Assembly (NCBI GenBank): GCA_951406725.2
Contig: OX597814.1
Location: 85,870,001-85,934,000 of the forward strand
DNA: 64,000 bases
Direction of reading: 5' to 3'
Source of the DNA: Octopus vulgaris
Lineage: Eukaryota
The notes beneath the pieces were generated by a model that was not told the origin of the DNA, made no database searches, and saw only the letters and a program-made list of their open reading frames with translations. Of this stretch, positions 40,986 through 55,200 are shown in pieces (position 1 is the first letter of the stretch; each line of letters starts with the position of its first letter). The translations under genes were made by a program, and so were the position numbers.

Positions 40986-41335
40986 GCAGGTGTGGCTATG
41001 TGGTAAGAAGCTTGCTTCCGAACCACGTGGTTCCGGGTTCAGTCCCGCTGCGTGGCACCTTGAGCAAATGTCTTCAACTATAGCACCGGGACGATCAAAG
41101 CTTTGTGAGTGGATTTGGAAGATGGAGACTCAAAGAAGCCCGTCGTATATATGTATGTGTGTGTGTGTGTCTTTATGTCTGGTGAGTTTACATCCCCGTA
41201 ACATAGAAGTTCGACAAAGGGGGCGATAGAATAAATACCAGGCGTTAAAAAATAAGTATTGGGCTTCATACATTCGGCTAAAAATCCTTTAAGACGGCCT
41301 CAGTCTAATGACTGAAACTATAAGATGAAAGATAA
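40983..41335 (+). mobile_element. CORE-like SINE, diverged
   Basis: gtggctatgtggtaagaagcttgc...ttccgggttcagtccc...gtgagtggatttgg...gactgaaac. Confidence 0.8.
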
Positions 41336-42815
41336 AGGATTGATAGATAGATAGAGAAAGAGAGAGAGGGGGAAGGATGAGGGGGAGTGAAGGAGAGAGG
41401 GAGAGACACACATACATACCTACCTACCACTCACCAGTGATTGGAGGTGTGGACAATTGTCCGTTTGTCTTTTCTGCATTTTTTAATATTTTTTATCATC
41501 CTCGTAATTTCAAAACAGTATATACGACACTGAGAAAGTATTTCAACTTATTGTTACAATGTATTTTGTTTGTTGTTTCTTTGTTGTTGTTTGTTTTTGG
41601 CTTTTATATGTTGTTTTTTGTTTTGGCTTTTAGATTTTTTTTCATAATTATTCTAGATTATCTTTGTCAATATATTTTAATTTCCTGATGTTTCAATTTG
41701 CTTTAGTTTGCTAAATTTGGACATATGTGTAAATCGTTTTGACATTTCGTTACTTTTTTCTTTATCTTATTTATTTATTTTACATTTTTTCTGTATGCGA
41801 GGATTATCATCCAATTCAAACGAAATATGATTATTATAAAACACATACCACACAACTCTTACAAAAATATGCGTAAATATTTTATACATAAGTATCTGAT
41901 TAATTATCCATAATCACTGTTCAATTTATATGCGGCAAAATATTCATACACGATCATAAACATGGAGGGCGAATGTGTACGTAAGAAAGGTAAAACAGCG
42001 TATTACACGGCTATGGAAACAAGTAAAAATTCGAAAACGGGAAAATATATGATATAATTGATTCATCCCGAACTTGGGCTGAACTTGGGCAGTACTGAAC
42101 TTGGGCATTTATGAAACAACTTTCGGCTCGCTAGTGTCCGTCAGACCATATATATCTTTACGTGTGTATTATATATTTATATTGTGTGATTGTGAGTGTG
42201 TGTATATATATAAATATAAATATATATACACACATATATATACTTAGATAAATATATATTTATATGTACTGGCGGCGCCTCAGCATATCCACACCCTCTA
42301 GGCTGAAACTCATAAAAGAATGTGTGTGTGTGTGAGTGTGTCGTGAAGAACATTTTAGTACTGGTTCCAGTCTTTGCGCCTTTTCCAACTCAGAGTAAAG
42401 CATGAAAAACAATTAAAATTTGGAAAAATTAAATGAAATGATTTCTTTTTAAATATTTCCATAGTTTTCAAATGCAAGGGTCATTTTCTCTTTTTCTGTC
42501 TTTGTCTGATTTTTACTCATGTGAAGAAGAAGAAGAAGAAGAAGAAGAAGAAGAAGAAGAAGAAGAAGAAGAAGAAGAAGAAGAAGAAGAAGAAGAATGC
42601 GGGAGTGGTATGACAACAGTAGGGTGTTAGAGGACCCTCTTAAATGGTCAAGTGACCTAAAAGTGACCCGTTGTGGTTGTAATAGTAGTGACTGGAATTG
42701 TTATGAATAAATTCATAGGTAGTGACTGTTCTGAATATATCGTTTTTAATATTTGCATGGGTATTATTCTAAGTCCCTTGTGGTGGAAGCATTCAAAAGG
42801 GGTTTATATTTTGTG

Positions 42816-42860
<45 letters not shown>

Positions 42861-43739
42861 CGTGTGTGTGTATGCATGTATGTATGTATATACGTGTATG
42901 TGCATGTGTGTATGCATATGTACATGTGTGTGTAAGCGCGCGTGTATTATATCTGAAAATTTGAAATGACGATAAAGAAAAAACACTAAAGGAGAGACGG
43001 ACTAAGAGGGAGAGAGAGACAGTTGGAGGGGAAGGAACAAAAAGCAGAAAAAGTATCAAGAGAAAACAGTTAAGACTGGACATTGGAGGGAGAAAAACAG
43101 AGAAAGAAAGAATGAAGGAAAGATAGAAAGGAAAGAAAGGAAAAGAAAAGGAATAATGAATGAGTAACCGAAATGATGGTGGGAGGGAAAGGGAACGGCG
43201 GCTAAAAAGAAGAGTAATTTGCCGACACGAATCCTTTTATTTAACAATACACTTCTCTTTCGTGCTAGATTTTTACGTTTGCAATGCCTTCGGCGGCACA
43301 AGATGTGCTACTTTGTCACATCTGTATGAAGATAATACACAGCTCCTTATCGCCATTGCAGCGAATGAACGTGGTGTGCGGTGGGTTGTTTCTGGAACGA
43401 ACGGATGAGCCAAAAAGAGCCAGCGAGCGACGAACGAAGCAAGAAAAGAATTGGAGAGGAGTGGGTAAAAGAAATGGAAAACAAAAATAAATAAAAGTAT
43501 GGAGAATGTATAGATAAATAAGTAAAAGACATTGGGAAATAAATTTGCTTTTGTTTTATGTTTTTATTTATTTATTTATTTATTTGCTATTTTCTTATTT
43601 TGCAAAATTAGGGTTTATGAGAAGTTTTCAGGCCGCTGTTGCAATCTATCAATTTCACACTACTACTACTACTACTACAACTGCCGCTACTGCCACTGCT
43701 GCTGCTGCTACTACAACTACTACTACTACTAACAAAAAT

Positions 43740-44063
43740 TCTTTGTAACATAAGCACAACATCAGAAATGTGAGGGAAGAGGGACATTCGATTACATCGG
43801 TCTCAATACTTGACTGGTACTTTATTTTATCGACCCCAGAAGGATGGGAAGCAAAGTTCATCTCAGCATGTGTTGAACCTAGAATGTAAAGCGACAGTAT
43901 ATATTGTCCGGTATTCTAAAGATTCTATCAGTTAACCATCGTAATAATAATGACGATTATATTGAGGAGGAGGAGGAGGAGGAGGAGGAGAGAGAGGATA
44001 CTACTACTACGACAAACACTACCTCTACTACTAGTACAACTACTACTACTACTGCTACTACTG

Positions 44064-44140
<77 letters not shown>

Positions 44141-44545
44141 TTCAAATTTTGCCACAAGGGCAGCCATTTTGGAGGAGGGGATGAGTCGGTAACATCGACC
44201 CCAGTGTTTCACTGCTACTTAATTTATCGACCTCGAAAAAATGGAAAACAAAGTCGATCGCGGAGGAATTTGAACTCAGAACGTAGCGACGGGCGAGATA
44301 TTGCTAAGCATTTCGTCTACTAACGATTCTGCCAGCTCGCCGCCTTAATAATAATAATAATAATAACAATAATAATAATAATAATAATGGTTTCACATTT
44401 TAGCACAAGGCCAGCAATTTTGGGGAAAGGAGTAAGTCGATTATATGGACCCCAGTGCTCAACTGGTACTTATTTTATCGATCCCGGAAGGATAATAAGC
44501 AAAGCTGTTCTCAGTTGCATTTGAACTCAGAAGCTAAATTCAGAA
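43740..44545 (-). mobile_element. Three Meta-domain-like SINE copies between trinucleotide repeats
   Basis: Copies at ~43740-43930, 44140-44346 and 44388-44545; ccagctcgccgcc head at ~44331-44344. Confidence 0.75.
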
Positions 44546-44933
44546 GAAACCAATGATAATTGCTTCTCTATTGACCACAAGTGCCCAATGACAAAGAGGA
44601 ACAGCACAAACGGGTGAGATACAAATCAGTTTTCAGAATTTACATAGAAACGTGTAAAAAAATTTACGTAAAACAATTAATGATAGAAAATTACACCTAA
44701 TACAATTACCCAATAGAGTAGGGTCAGCTTTTACAAGCTGACCCTATTCTATTTGGTAACATCGTGCCACCAAAAGACACTGGGGGATTCAATCAAAGAG
44801 GGATTTGCACTTTTGAGCAACGATGCACTAAAATTACCCCCACGACTACCAACACCACTTCAGACAACAAGACTACAAACACAATTTAATTCACACACGC
44901 ATACACACACATACATATATATGTATATATATA

Positions 44934-45830
44934 TATATTAATAAATAAAATAAAACATATGCATATATATAAACATATATGTACGTACCTACCTCTACAT
45001 GTACATATACACGCATATATGAGTACAAGACACCAAAAGGACGTCGAACACAAGGAGAAATGAAAACATAGACACAAACCAAAGGAACTGGACATTTTTT
45101 TTAAAAACAGCAAAAAAATAGAGTACAGGACAATTAACACAAAGAAAAAAACCCCTTCTTCATTTGCTATGGTTTCATCTACTCTACGTTTCGAAGGATA
45201 AAAGCGAGACATATCTTCGACAAGAAACTTTCCTTCCTGCGAAAAGCAAATCAATTAAAATTCTGAGATCTTTTTGCAGAGGGGTAAAAAATGGTAACAA
45301 AAACAGGACAGTAACGACAGTACAAATTATAAACAGTAAAAGACAGGACAAGGAAAAACAAGATAAGAAGGGCTGTTAACGCTGAACGAAAAAAAGTATT
45401 GCGATCGCGGAATTTTTTATGAACGACGAGCGGAGCAAAAAGAATGTCGTCCATTACCTTGAGAGGGCCAGGCCAGAGAGACAGCAGCGGAAGTCACGTC
45501 GCGGGTGAACGACGGGAAGGGGGGGAGAGGAGCAAGAGAAAGGGAGAGAAGAAGGGGAATGGCTGCGAGGAAACCATGAAGAATGAAGAGGGGGAGAGAG
45601 AGAGTGAAGAATGAGAGAGAGGAGAGACAAGTTAAGTAGAGGAAAAGGAAATCAAAGAATGAAGGCTGAGAAAGGGATGGGACAGAAAGGTTAAGAGTGC
45701 GCGTCAGAGTTAATATCAAGAACAAAACTTGATATAAAGAACAATCTTACTTAAGGGGGTGCGTGCGTTTCGTCATATAATATATTAATAAATAAAATAA
45801 AACATATGCATATATATAAACATATATGTA
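44934..45830 (-). mobile_element. Non-coding 847-bp unit with a 50-bp terminal direct repeat in a (TA)n context; candidate non-autonomous PLE/retrozyme
   Basis: 44934-44983 is identical to 45781-45830; CT-rich tract; GAAGGA...UCCUUC-GAAACGUA hammerhead-like half at 45178-45250. Confidence 0.55.
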
Positions 45831-45939
<109 letters not shown>

Positions 45940-45974
45940 TGTATGTATGTATACATATATACATATATTTACAC

Positions 45975-46120
45975 TTTGTGTAACGCTGAATTTCCCTGAA
46001 AACTACGTTAGGGATACGTGTGTCTGTGGATTGCTCAGTCACTTGCACGTTAATTTCATGAGCAGGCTGTTCCGTTGATCGTATCACCTGGGACCCTCAT
46101 CGTCGTAACCGATGGAGTGC
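45975..46120 (+). mobile_element. SINE 3' module
   Basis: Reverse complement of 16963-17180 without the insert. Confidence 0.7.
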
Positions 46121-46759
46121 TCCTTTATATATATATATATACATACATGCATACATGCATACAGATATACCAAAAGCTCGAAAGATACACCCAAGAAGAG
46201 CAAAAGATAGAAATCATTAAATTCACGGCCACAAACACGGGCAAAAAAAACTAATGAATTGCATGCATCAACGGGCAATTACGCACATCAAAACAACAAA
46301 TAGCATTCCGACACACGTAAAAATGATTAATGGAATACAATATTTGAAAAACTATCTAGAATATTGTTGCGCTATTTTAAAACAATTCAATATTTTAAAG
46401 CAAATACCTCGACAGAATAGATTTCTGGAGGAATATTCTTTCTCTTTTTAGTATAAGATCAGCAATTTTGAAGCGAACGGAAGTCGATTACATCGACTAC
46501 AGAGTTCAACTGGTACTCATTTTATCGACCCGAAAGGATGAAAGACAGTCGACCTCGGTGGAATTTGAACGCAGAACATAAAAAAAAAGAAGCAATGTTG
46601 GTAAGCCTTTTTGTCCAAGGCGCTAAGAATTCGGCCAAATGACTATACGACGACTTACCCGTGAAAACAACTGCAACTATCTGAAAGAACGGGATAGCTG
46701 TCCTTCCACAGGAATAACGTAAGTGGTCCTTCTCCCTTTCGTCCTTTTGTCATACAGGG

Positions 46760-47260
46760 TCTTACTCAGAATAGACTATATGCACATGTTCACACTAGAA
46801 GCAATTCCACCTTCTCATCGCCTTCAGCTCATTAGATATATGTGGTGATTATCAGCGAGGCCATGATTTTTGATGGCTACGACGCGTCCACAAATTCCAT
46901 TCATTTCTCCAAGTTAATAGGGATCAGGAGGTGGAGTCGCTATGTTCTTCTGGAAAGGTCTAGGTCTTACGTTACAAGACATCTTGGACCTAGAAGGCAA
47001 GTTGGTTGGCTTGTTGGTTGGTTGGTTGGTTGGTTGGTTGGTTGGTTGGTTGGCTGGCTGGTTGGTTGGACTGAACATGGCCAGCAGCGAAGCCATGCCT
47101 TCAGTTTAGTAGCCATCTACACCCCATCAGGTGCGGGGGAGATTTCTTCCTGCGTGCTGGGGTCTTCTTAAGAACACTCTGCTCTTTAGTGTTAGTGAAT
47201 GATTGGAATGCCATTTTGGATATATGACGGAACCACTTGGGATTAGCTGATAAGAAAGGC
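46760..47260 (+). pseudogene. L1/Tx1-clade APE endonuclease relic, interrupted by (GGTT)n
   Basis: [55 protein letters not shown]. Confidence 0.75.
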
Positions 47261-47339
47261 GGATACGAAAGGAACAAACAAGAGAAACACACTCCACATC
47301 AGCAGCAGCAGGTACTATTACCACAATTTAAAGGGATTC

Positions 47340-48230
47340 CACTGGCACCAATCAACCAGACATTGAGCAGACACTGAAACTGCGTAACAATCACACTCGC
47401 GCCCCAACATAACTACGAATATCTCCAACGCTAGAAACGCCATCAATATTACAAACAACAAACGAAAACACAACTCAATCCGCTCCAACTACAAGAATCC
47501 TATCTCGAAACCGAACAAACACAAACCAACATCAACAACACAGCCATATATACAAACAAGGACTTAATGAAACATATACAGTGATACACAAATATTACTC
47601 ACAATGACTATATCACACACCCCACGTAACAACCCGAGCTCGTATAAAAGTTATAAGAATAATGCAAGAAACTTATAACAAACTGTAAACAAAATATACC
47701 AAGGGAATGGGCGATTCCTGGGGGAATATAGATAAAATACTCAATAAAGAAATGCTTGAGGTAACAACCACAAACAGCCGAAAGGACATGAAACCTGTCC
47801 ATTCACAGAAATAAGTTCCTTCAAGGCGGCGAGCTGGCAGAATCGTTAGCACGCCGGGCGAAATGCTTAGCGGTATTTCGTCTGCCGCTACGTTCTGAGT
47901 TCAAATTCCGCCGAGGTCGACTTTGCCTTTCATCCTTTCGGGGTCGATTAAATAAGTACCAGTTACGCACTGGAGTCGATATAATCGACTTAATCCGTTT
48001 GTCTGTCCTTGTTTGTCCTCTCTGTGTTTGGCCCCTTGTGGGTAGTAAAGAAACAAGAAATAAGTTCCTTCTCACTTTGTCCCCTCTTGTGTCGTACTCA
48101 GAATAGGATGTGTGAATACACATAGCCTGGGGTGGACTTGGACTCATGGCACCTGCTCAACGACCGCAGGTCATTAGATGAGCACGAATGCTTGTGCTTC
48201 GGAAATTCTGGTCTTAGATGTAGCAGTCCT
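47340..48230 (+). pseudogene. L1/Tx1-clade ORF1-like region + ORF2 start, interrupted by a SINE
   Basis: 47340-47800 resembles the minus strand of 54770-55200; 48085 onward reads LRIGCVNTHSLG..HLLNDRRSLD (APE N-terminus). Confidence 0.5.
47825..48056 (+). mobile_element. Young full-length Meta-domain-like SINE with 16-bp TSD
   Basis: Intact A box (tggcagaatcg) and B box (gagttcaaattc); TSD agaaataagttccttc on both sides (~47807 and ~48057). Confidence 0.92.
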
Positions 48231-48487
48231 TGTTTGTTGTCCTTGTTGTTGTTGGAAGAGAAGAAGGAGGGAAGGAGGGGGAGGAGGACGACGACGTTGT
48301 TGACGGTGATGCTAACGTTCATTGTTTTCCGTTATTGTTGTAGCTATAACTCTACTTACGGTTTATAAATTCTTTTTTTACGATTTGGTTCTTTTTCTTT
48401 TTTTCTTTTTTGTGTGCGTGTGTGATTGCTAGTGTTGTTAATGTCGTCACTGTCGTCTTTGCTTTTTTTGTTCTTGTTCTTATTGAG

Positions 48488-48925
48488 GGCGACGATCTGG
48501 CAGAATCGTTAGCACGCCGGGCAAAATGCTTACCGACATTTCGTCCGTCTTTACGATCTCAGTTGAAATTCCGCCGCGGCTGACATTGCCTTTCATCTTT
48601 TCAGGATCGATAAATTAAGTACCAGTTACGCACTGGGGTCGATGTAATCGACTTAATCCCTTTGTCTGTCCTTGTTTGTCCCCTCTGTGTTTAGCCCCTT
48701 GTGGGCAATAAAGAAATAAGTATCGTTAGCACGCCGGGCAAATTACTTACCGACATTTCGTCCGTCTTTATGTTCTCAGTTCAAATTCCGCCGCGGCTGA
48801 CATTGCCTTTCATCTTTTCAGGGTCGATAAAATAAATACCAGCTACGCACTGGGGTTGATGAAATCAACTACCCCCACCCTCCGCTAAAATTTCAGGCCT
48901 TGTGCCTATCGTAGAAAGGATTATT
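48488..48925 (+). mobile_element. SINE-in-SINE insertion with ~105-bp duplicated head
   Basis: Both heads share private variants ttaccgacatt, ctcagtt, ccgccgcggctgacattgcc and catcttttcagg, but have different tails. Confidence 0.85.
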
Positions 48926-49876
48926 TTTGTTGTTTTTGTTGTTGTTATAATTATACTTGTTGTTGTTATTGATAATGTTGTTGTTGTTATTATTCTTGTT
49001 CTTGTTATTTTCCGTTGCCTCTGCTGCTGCTGACGGTGTGTTGTTATTCTTGTTTGTTGCTGCTGCTACTGCTACTGCTGCCGTTGCAATTGCTGCTGCT
49101 GCTGCTGCTGTAGTTGTTGTTGCTATCGTTTATGTATCTGTTGTGGTTGTTGTTGTTTGCCGTTGCCTCCGCTGCTGATGTTGTGTTGTTATTTTAGTTT
49201 GTTGTTGCTGCTGCCGCCGCTGTTGTTTACCACTGCTGTTGTTGTTAGCGTTACTATTACTACTGTTGTTGCTGCTGTTGTTGTTGTTGTTGTTGTTGTT
49301 ATTGTTGTTGTTACTGTTTATATATTTTTGTTGTTGTTGTTATCGTTATTATTGTTGTTGTTCTCCTTCAGTTAGACCTTGATTTTCTGGCTGCTAATTA
49401 AGTTTTCACTCACCTTCTACAATCATTGAATTACAGTGTCGGCAGGTGTCGCTAGCGTCAAGTCAGCCTGCTGCTAATAGGATTGCAGTTGCATAATTAA
49501 CTGTGTTGCTTCCTTATATATCACCATCGTATATCACTGATTCACTGACCTAGCATCTTACACCACTACCACCTACACCACCACCACCACCACCACCACC
49601 ACCACCACCACCACCACCACCACACTCGTACACTCACCCGTACACTCACTTCATCTATGTACACATCCACCTCTCACGAAAACTTTTTTCGTTTTCTTTT
49701 CCATTCTTACTTTTCGGCTTCTTCGTTAGGTGTATGAGTGGGGTGAGTTAGTAGTGCGTGTCTCTGAGTATGGGCGTGTGGGTGCATGCATATGTAATAT
49801 GTACATATACATACATAAATATATCTGTATATATATATATATATACATACATATATATGTGTGTGTGTGTGTGTAA

Positions 49877-49934
<58 letters not shown>

Positions 49935-49981
49935 AAGTGTATGTATATATATATATATATAATATATATGTATATGTATAA

Positions 49982-50022
<41 letters not shown>

Positions 50023-50026
50023 TATG

Positions 50027-50081
<55 letters not shown>

Positions 50082-50092
50082 GAATATGTATG

Positions 50093-50123
<31 letters not shown>

Positions 50124-50652
50124 CATATAATTCTCTACCTTAATTCTTATATCTATCCATGTTTCTATATCAAGATCACCGATTCTCTTCTGTCTCTCTC
50201 TCCCTCTCTCCCTCTCTCTCTCTCTCTCTCTCCCTCTCTCTCTCTCTCTCTCCCCAAAATATCCATTCCTACACTTCTCATTCTTTTGCACATTTCCTTT
50301 CTTTGACCGCCATCCTCACCTTTATGCATCCCTGTTTTCAACCTTACTATTTTTATCCCCGTCTCTAGTTTTACCAATCTCTTTCCCTTCTTCTCTTCTT
50401 CCAATCCTTTCCTCTCCTTCTCCCTTACTTCTTGCTTCCTTTCTCCCTCCCCCTTCCCTCCCTCTCTTTTATTTTCGTTTCGCTATCTCCTATACTAATT
50501 TATATTTACTTTATCCATTGACACCTCCCCTAATCCACTTTCGCTCAGTCAGATTCTCTTAAGATTCTTCCCCTAACCTTTCTCCAACTACCCCCTCTGT
50601 TTCAATCTCCCTTCCAAACTCTCCTCACTTTCTCTCTCTCTCTCCATTTCTC

Positions 50653-50711
<59 letters not shown>

Positions 50712-51181
50712 CCTTTCTTATCCCCTCCTCGTTCACATAACAAACTCCCTCTTTCTAGCAGTCTTATCGAAAGCCCTCACCACCACCAGCAACCGACCTC
50801 TATGCTACATTCCATGTACAACTCCCCAAACTTTAATTCACACATGACTAAATCAAATTTCGCCCGATCTCTATCGATACACTTATAATCACACATATGC
50901 ACGCACACACATACACACACACACATCTGCGCGCACGTACACAACATTACATGTACAAACATAGAAACACTATATATATATATGTGTGTATGTATATATA
51001 AATATGTATATGACTATATATATGTATGTATAAATATGTGTGTGTGTATATACATGCACACGCATTTATATATATATATGTGTATGAGTGTGTATATATT
51101 CTTATGTGTGAATGTATGTACGAGTATGAGTGCATATATAGATGTGTATATTTATGCATATACACACAGACACACACATCT

Positions 51182-51232
<51 letters not shown>

Positions 51233-51326
51233 CACACACATATATATATATATGGATATAAGGGTATATATATATATATATATATATATACGTATGTGCC
51301 TATGTATAAATGTGTATGTATGTATG

Positions 51327-51376
<50 letters not shown>

Positions 51377-51432
51377 CATATCTGCATACATATCTAAACA
51401 TATATATGTTTGAAAGTATGTGTGTATGTATG

Positions 51433-51486
<54 letters not shown>

Positions 51487-51680
51487 TATACACAGACATA
51501 CACACACCTACTCAAACATTCATGCACGAATCATTTTAGCAATGAATCTTTGGAAACACACGAAAAAGCATATGAAACTACTTGTAAGTATAAACACGCA
51601 TTTACTTTCAGATATTAAACTACACATGCAACGTCTTTGACAAACACACACACAAACTATCTCTCTCACACACACACGCA

Positions 51681-51711
<31 letters not shown>

Positions 51712-52270
51712 TTTCTAATTTCGGCACAAGACCAGTAAGTTTGAGAGTAGATTACATCGACCTCAGTACTTTATTGGTACTTTTTTTATTGACCCCGTAA
51801 AAACGAAAAGAAAAGTTGACCTCGACGAAATTTGAACTCAGAACGTAAAAAGACAGAAGATTGAAAGCGCTGAAGATAGACACCTTCTTCTGTGGTCAAG
51901 CTTTCATCCACCCTTTCGAATTTCATTTGAAGAAGAAAGTGATGGTAGAGAGAGAAATGCTGCTTCCCTGAAAATTTGTTGAGAGATGGATGATAGTGGT
52001 GAGTATAGTCCGAGTGAACAGGCTTACTAGAAGTATGAGCTTGTTGACTGAAGGAAGACAAAAGGGAGTAAACAGTTGCTTTAATGGTCAGAGTGACCGT
52101 GTTTATATGGGATTTCCACGGATAACCTTCGGAACTTTTCCGCGTTTGAAGAACTATTCATTGTTGAAACTTATTTTCACTTATTCTATTTTTCTACTCG
52201 CCCCTTCATGTAACCCCACCTTGTATTGATTGATCTGTACCGTCCACATTCTTACTGATTCATAAAGAAC

Positions 52271-52349
<79 letters not shown>

Positions 52350-52354
52350 GGGTT

Positions 52355-52560
52355 GTGAACTGGGAGAATCGTTAGCACGCCGGGCAAAATGCATAGCAGC
52401 ATTTCGTCCGTCTTAATGTTCTAAGTTCAAATTCCGCCGAGGTCGACAGTGTCTTTCATACTTTCGGAGTCGATAAAATAAATACCAGTTGAGCACTGGG
52501 GTTAATGTAATCGACTTACGCCTTCTTCTGAAATTGCTGACCTTGTGCCAAAATTTGAAA
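52355..52560 (+). mobile_element. Meta-domain-like SINE
   Basis: gaatcgttagcacgccgggc...gttcaaattccgccgaggtcgac...ccttgtgccaaaatttgaaac. Confidence 0.8.
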
Positions 52561-52574
52561 CTATCATCATCTTC

Positions 52575-52654
<80 letters not shown>

Positions 52655-52699
52655 TATCATCATCATCATCATCATTATCACCAATCATTAGCGACGCAA

Positions 52700-55200
52700 G
52701 CCTTCTCCTCCATTTAGTGGGTGTTGACATCAAATAGAGCACCTAGCAAGTGGTGCATCCAACCTCCACAGAAAGCAGAAGATAAGGCGCTCCAGTCCGG
52801 TCAGAAGTATTTTTCTGGTTTACATTTGCTCCTGTCATGGTCTCGTACTTCCTTCAAGTCGTGTGGATCACCTCGATGTGTTTAGTACCCGACACTATCA
52901 CGGGCTTGTGCGTATATACCGACACGTTTCCTCTGAATCCTACTTTGCGTGGGATATAGCTCAACGTCTCTATTTTTCACAGTAGCTGATCCACAATCAA
53001 TACATACAGATAAGACGAGATTGGATAACATTGACGGACCGAGCACATGAAACTCAAAGGCTCTTATTGGTACTTATTCATCCTAACCATTGTGCAGATT
53101 GTGTTATACATTGCAGCGAACCGTCCACGAAAGACATGAACAAAGTCAACAACCAAGTATCGGTAGTCAACACTATCGAATACCTTTGATCTTACTTGAA
53201 GATGGTCCTATGCTAGCTTCTTTACTCATCCTCTCTATGATGTATCGCATGAAATGGAGGCTGTCGTGAAAAGATCTATTTGGGCTGGCGCAAAAATGTG
53301 CTATCCTTTTCGTTAATACATTGGACAAAAGTTTTAAATCTGCTTTTAATAGACTCGTGGACCGAATATTGTCATTGTAAACTTTCCTGTTTGGTTCCTT
53401 TCTCAGCAATTCCGCTCCTCCTCGACTCGCAAAACTGAGGATACTATTGTTTTGTTGCCAGTTGCAGTAAACGTTTACTAAAAGGTCTCCAAACAAGTAT
53501 GGCATATAAAAGTAAAGCTGATAGAGTAGATCGTCCAAACCATGCGATTTGCTCACCGTGTAGCCATCCATTGCTTTCGTATTTCCGCAGCTGTTATGAG
53601 CATTCCATAACATAGCGCTTCTCTCACCACGAGACGTGGCATTAAAGTCCATTTTAAGATCCGGCCCGCCACCCGACCCGATCGAAGTGCAGCTGAAAAA
53701 CCATTTACATCTCTGTTCCAAGTAACAAACACACTTCAAGGTCTATCAAAGACCGAACGGTAGCTTTGTTGCCACATTGCACCTCTGCCACTCGGGTGCA
53801 GTAGACGTCTTTCGCTCTTTCGTTTCTTAGAGCACACGTCTTATCTCTAACAACTCAGCCTTGGTTCTTGAAGTTGAAGAATTGGTCAAAAACCAATTTC
53901 ACCGCAAACACATCGACTACGATGCCTTTCCTAAGTTCTCCTATTATGTTTCAGACTAGGTCTTCCTCTAGTCTATTTTCTCTCGTTATTTCCTTACTAA
54001 ATTTTATTAGTTCTACTTTAATCCCAATTATCCAAGCGTAACACAATTTGTTTTTAACTATTGCCCCCGTCAACGATTGCTTAACTATTTTGCTAAACCG
54101 GTTCCTGTAAGCTTGGTGCGCTGGAAGCGACAGGTACAGCTTCCAGTAACAGAGTTCCTGCCTACATACCCTATCTGGGTCGACAGTACAAATCACAAAT
54201 TTGTGGCCTGTGTAACGGACAATTTTGAATTGTGGACAACCTACGTTATGCCTATCTACTGGTCTGTAGAATACTCTATCTAAATACGACCTGATTTACT
54301 CGGTGCGGTTAGTCCATATCTACATTGACACATTCGGGAAATGTAGTCATTACCTGTCAGATAATTGGAAACATCTAAGTAGATTTGTGAGGCTTTTGTA
54401 TCATCCGTTTTCTATCAGGTGCATCCAAGAAACTATTCTAATCTCCCTCGGGCACTAAGACGCAGGATGTTCCCAGGAAACACTCCAGACGCCCAAAGAA
54501 ATCTAGTTTCTTGGCCCCAGTTGTGAGCGGGGTAACTCACAAATCAGAAACTCTAGTCTCAATGATGGCTACTTAATGTGTCTAATGATCTGAGGACGTT
54601 GTGTAGGTAACTGCTTCCAAGACGACCCCAGGCCACGTGCATTTATTCTGTCCATTCTGAGTGAGGCTTTGTTTTAGAGACAGAAGCTGGAAGAAGCTAC
54701 ATACATTAATTATGTGGGGGCGATAGTACAGATGTTCCATTCCTCTAGTTAAATCTGGATCTTCCCACAAGTAGTTTCTTATAAAGTCTTTTGTTGATAT
54801 TCCCTCCGAAATGTCCTACTCCATCGGGGTATTTGTTTTATTTTTGTTTTGTTTTTTAGGCGTTGTATATGTATTGTGTTGTTTGAATGACTTTTTATGT
54901 GCTCTGGTGTTTTCTTTATTGGTGCTCTGAAATCACTCTGAGGGATGTCTGTGTAATCATGTATGCCTTCCATTAATCCTTTGTTGTTTATGGTCATAGC
55001 AGTGAAATTTAAAAATTTATTTGCTGTTCTTTATGGTTTGCGAACATGACAGTACTTCTTGGTTTGTTTGTACTGTTGGGTATGTCTGGTGATTGTGGTT
55101 GTGATGGTGGTGTTGGTAATAGTGATGATGGTGTTGGAAGTATTTACGTTGTTACTGGAATTTTGATATTGTCTGTCAATGTTGGTCTATTCTAGTTCTG
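52700..55200 (-). pseudogene. L1/Tx1-clade LINE relic (ORF1-like region, APE and RT)
   Basis: APE: INARGLG, VAIIETR, FFGRLECFLG..GD*N, YLDRV, GHKFV; RT: KSHGLDDLLYQLY, IRSTSLLKADLKLLSNVLTKRI, PNRSFHDSL, SVRQCYPISSYLYVL; heavily mutated. Confidence 0.8.

Noticed and set aside
42069-42160. Three gaacttgggc repeats (CRISPR-like?) and a nearby CUGACG...GAAA motif on the minus strand
   Set aside because: The repeats are 10 bp with 1-6 bp gaps in eukaryotic DNA, and the ribozyme stems do not form convincingly.
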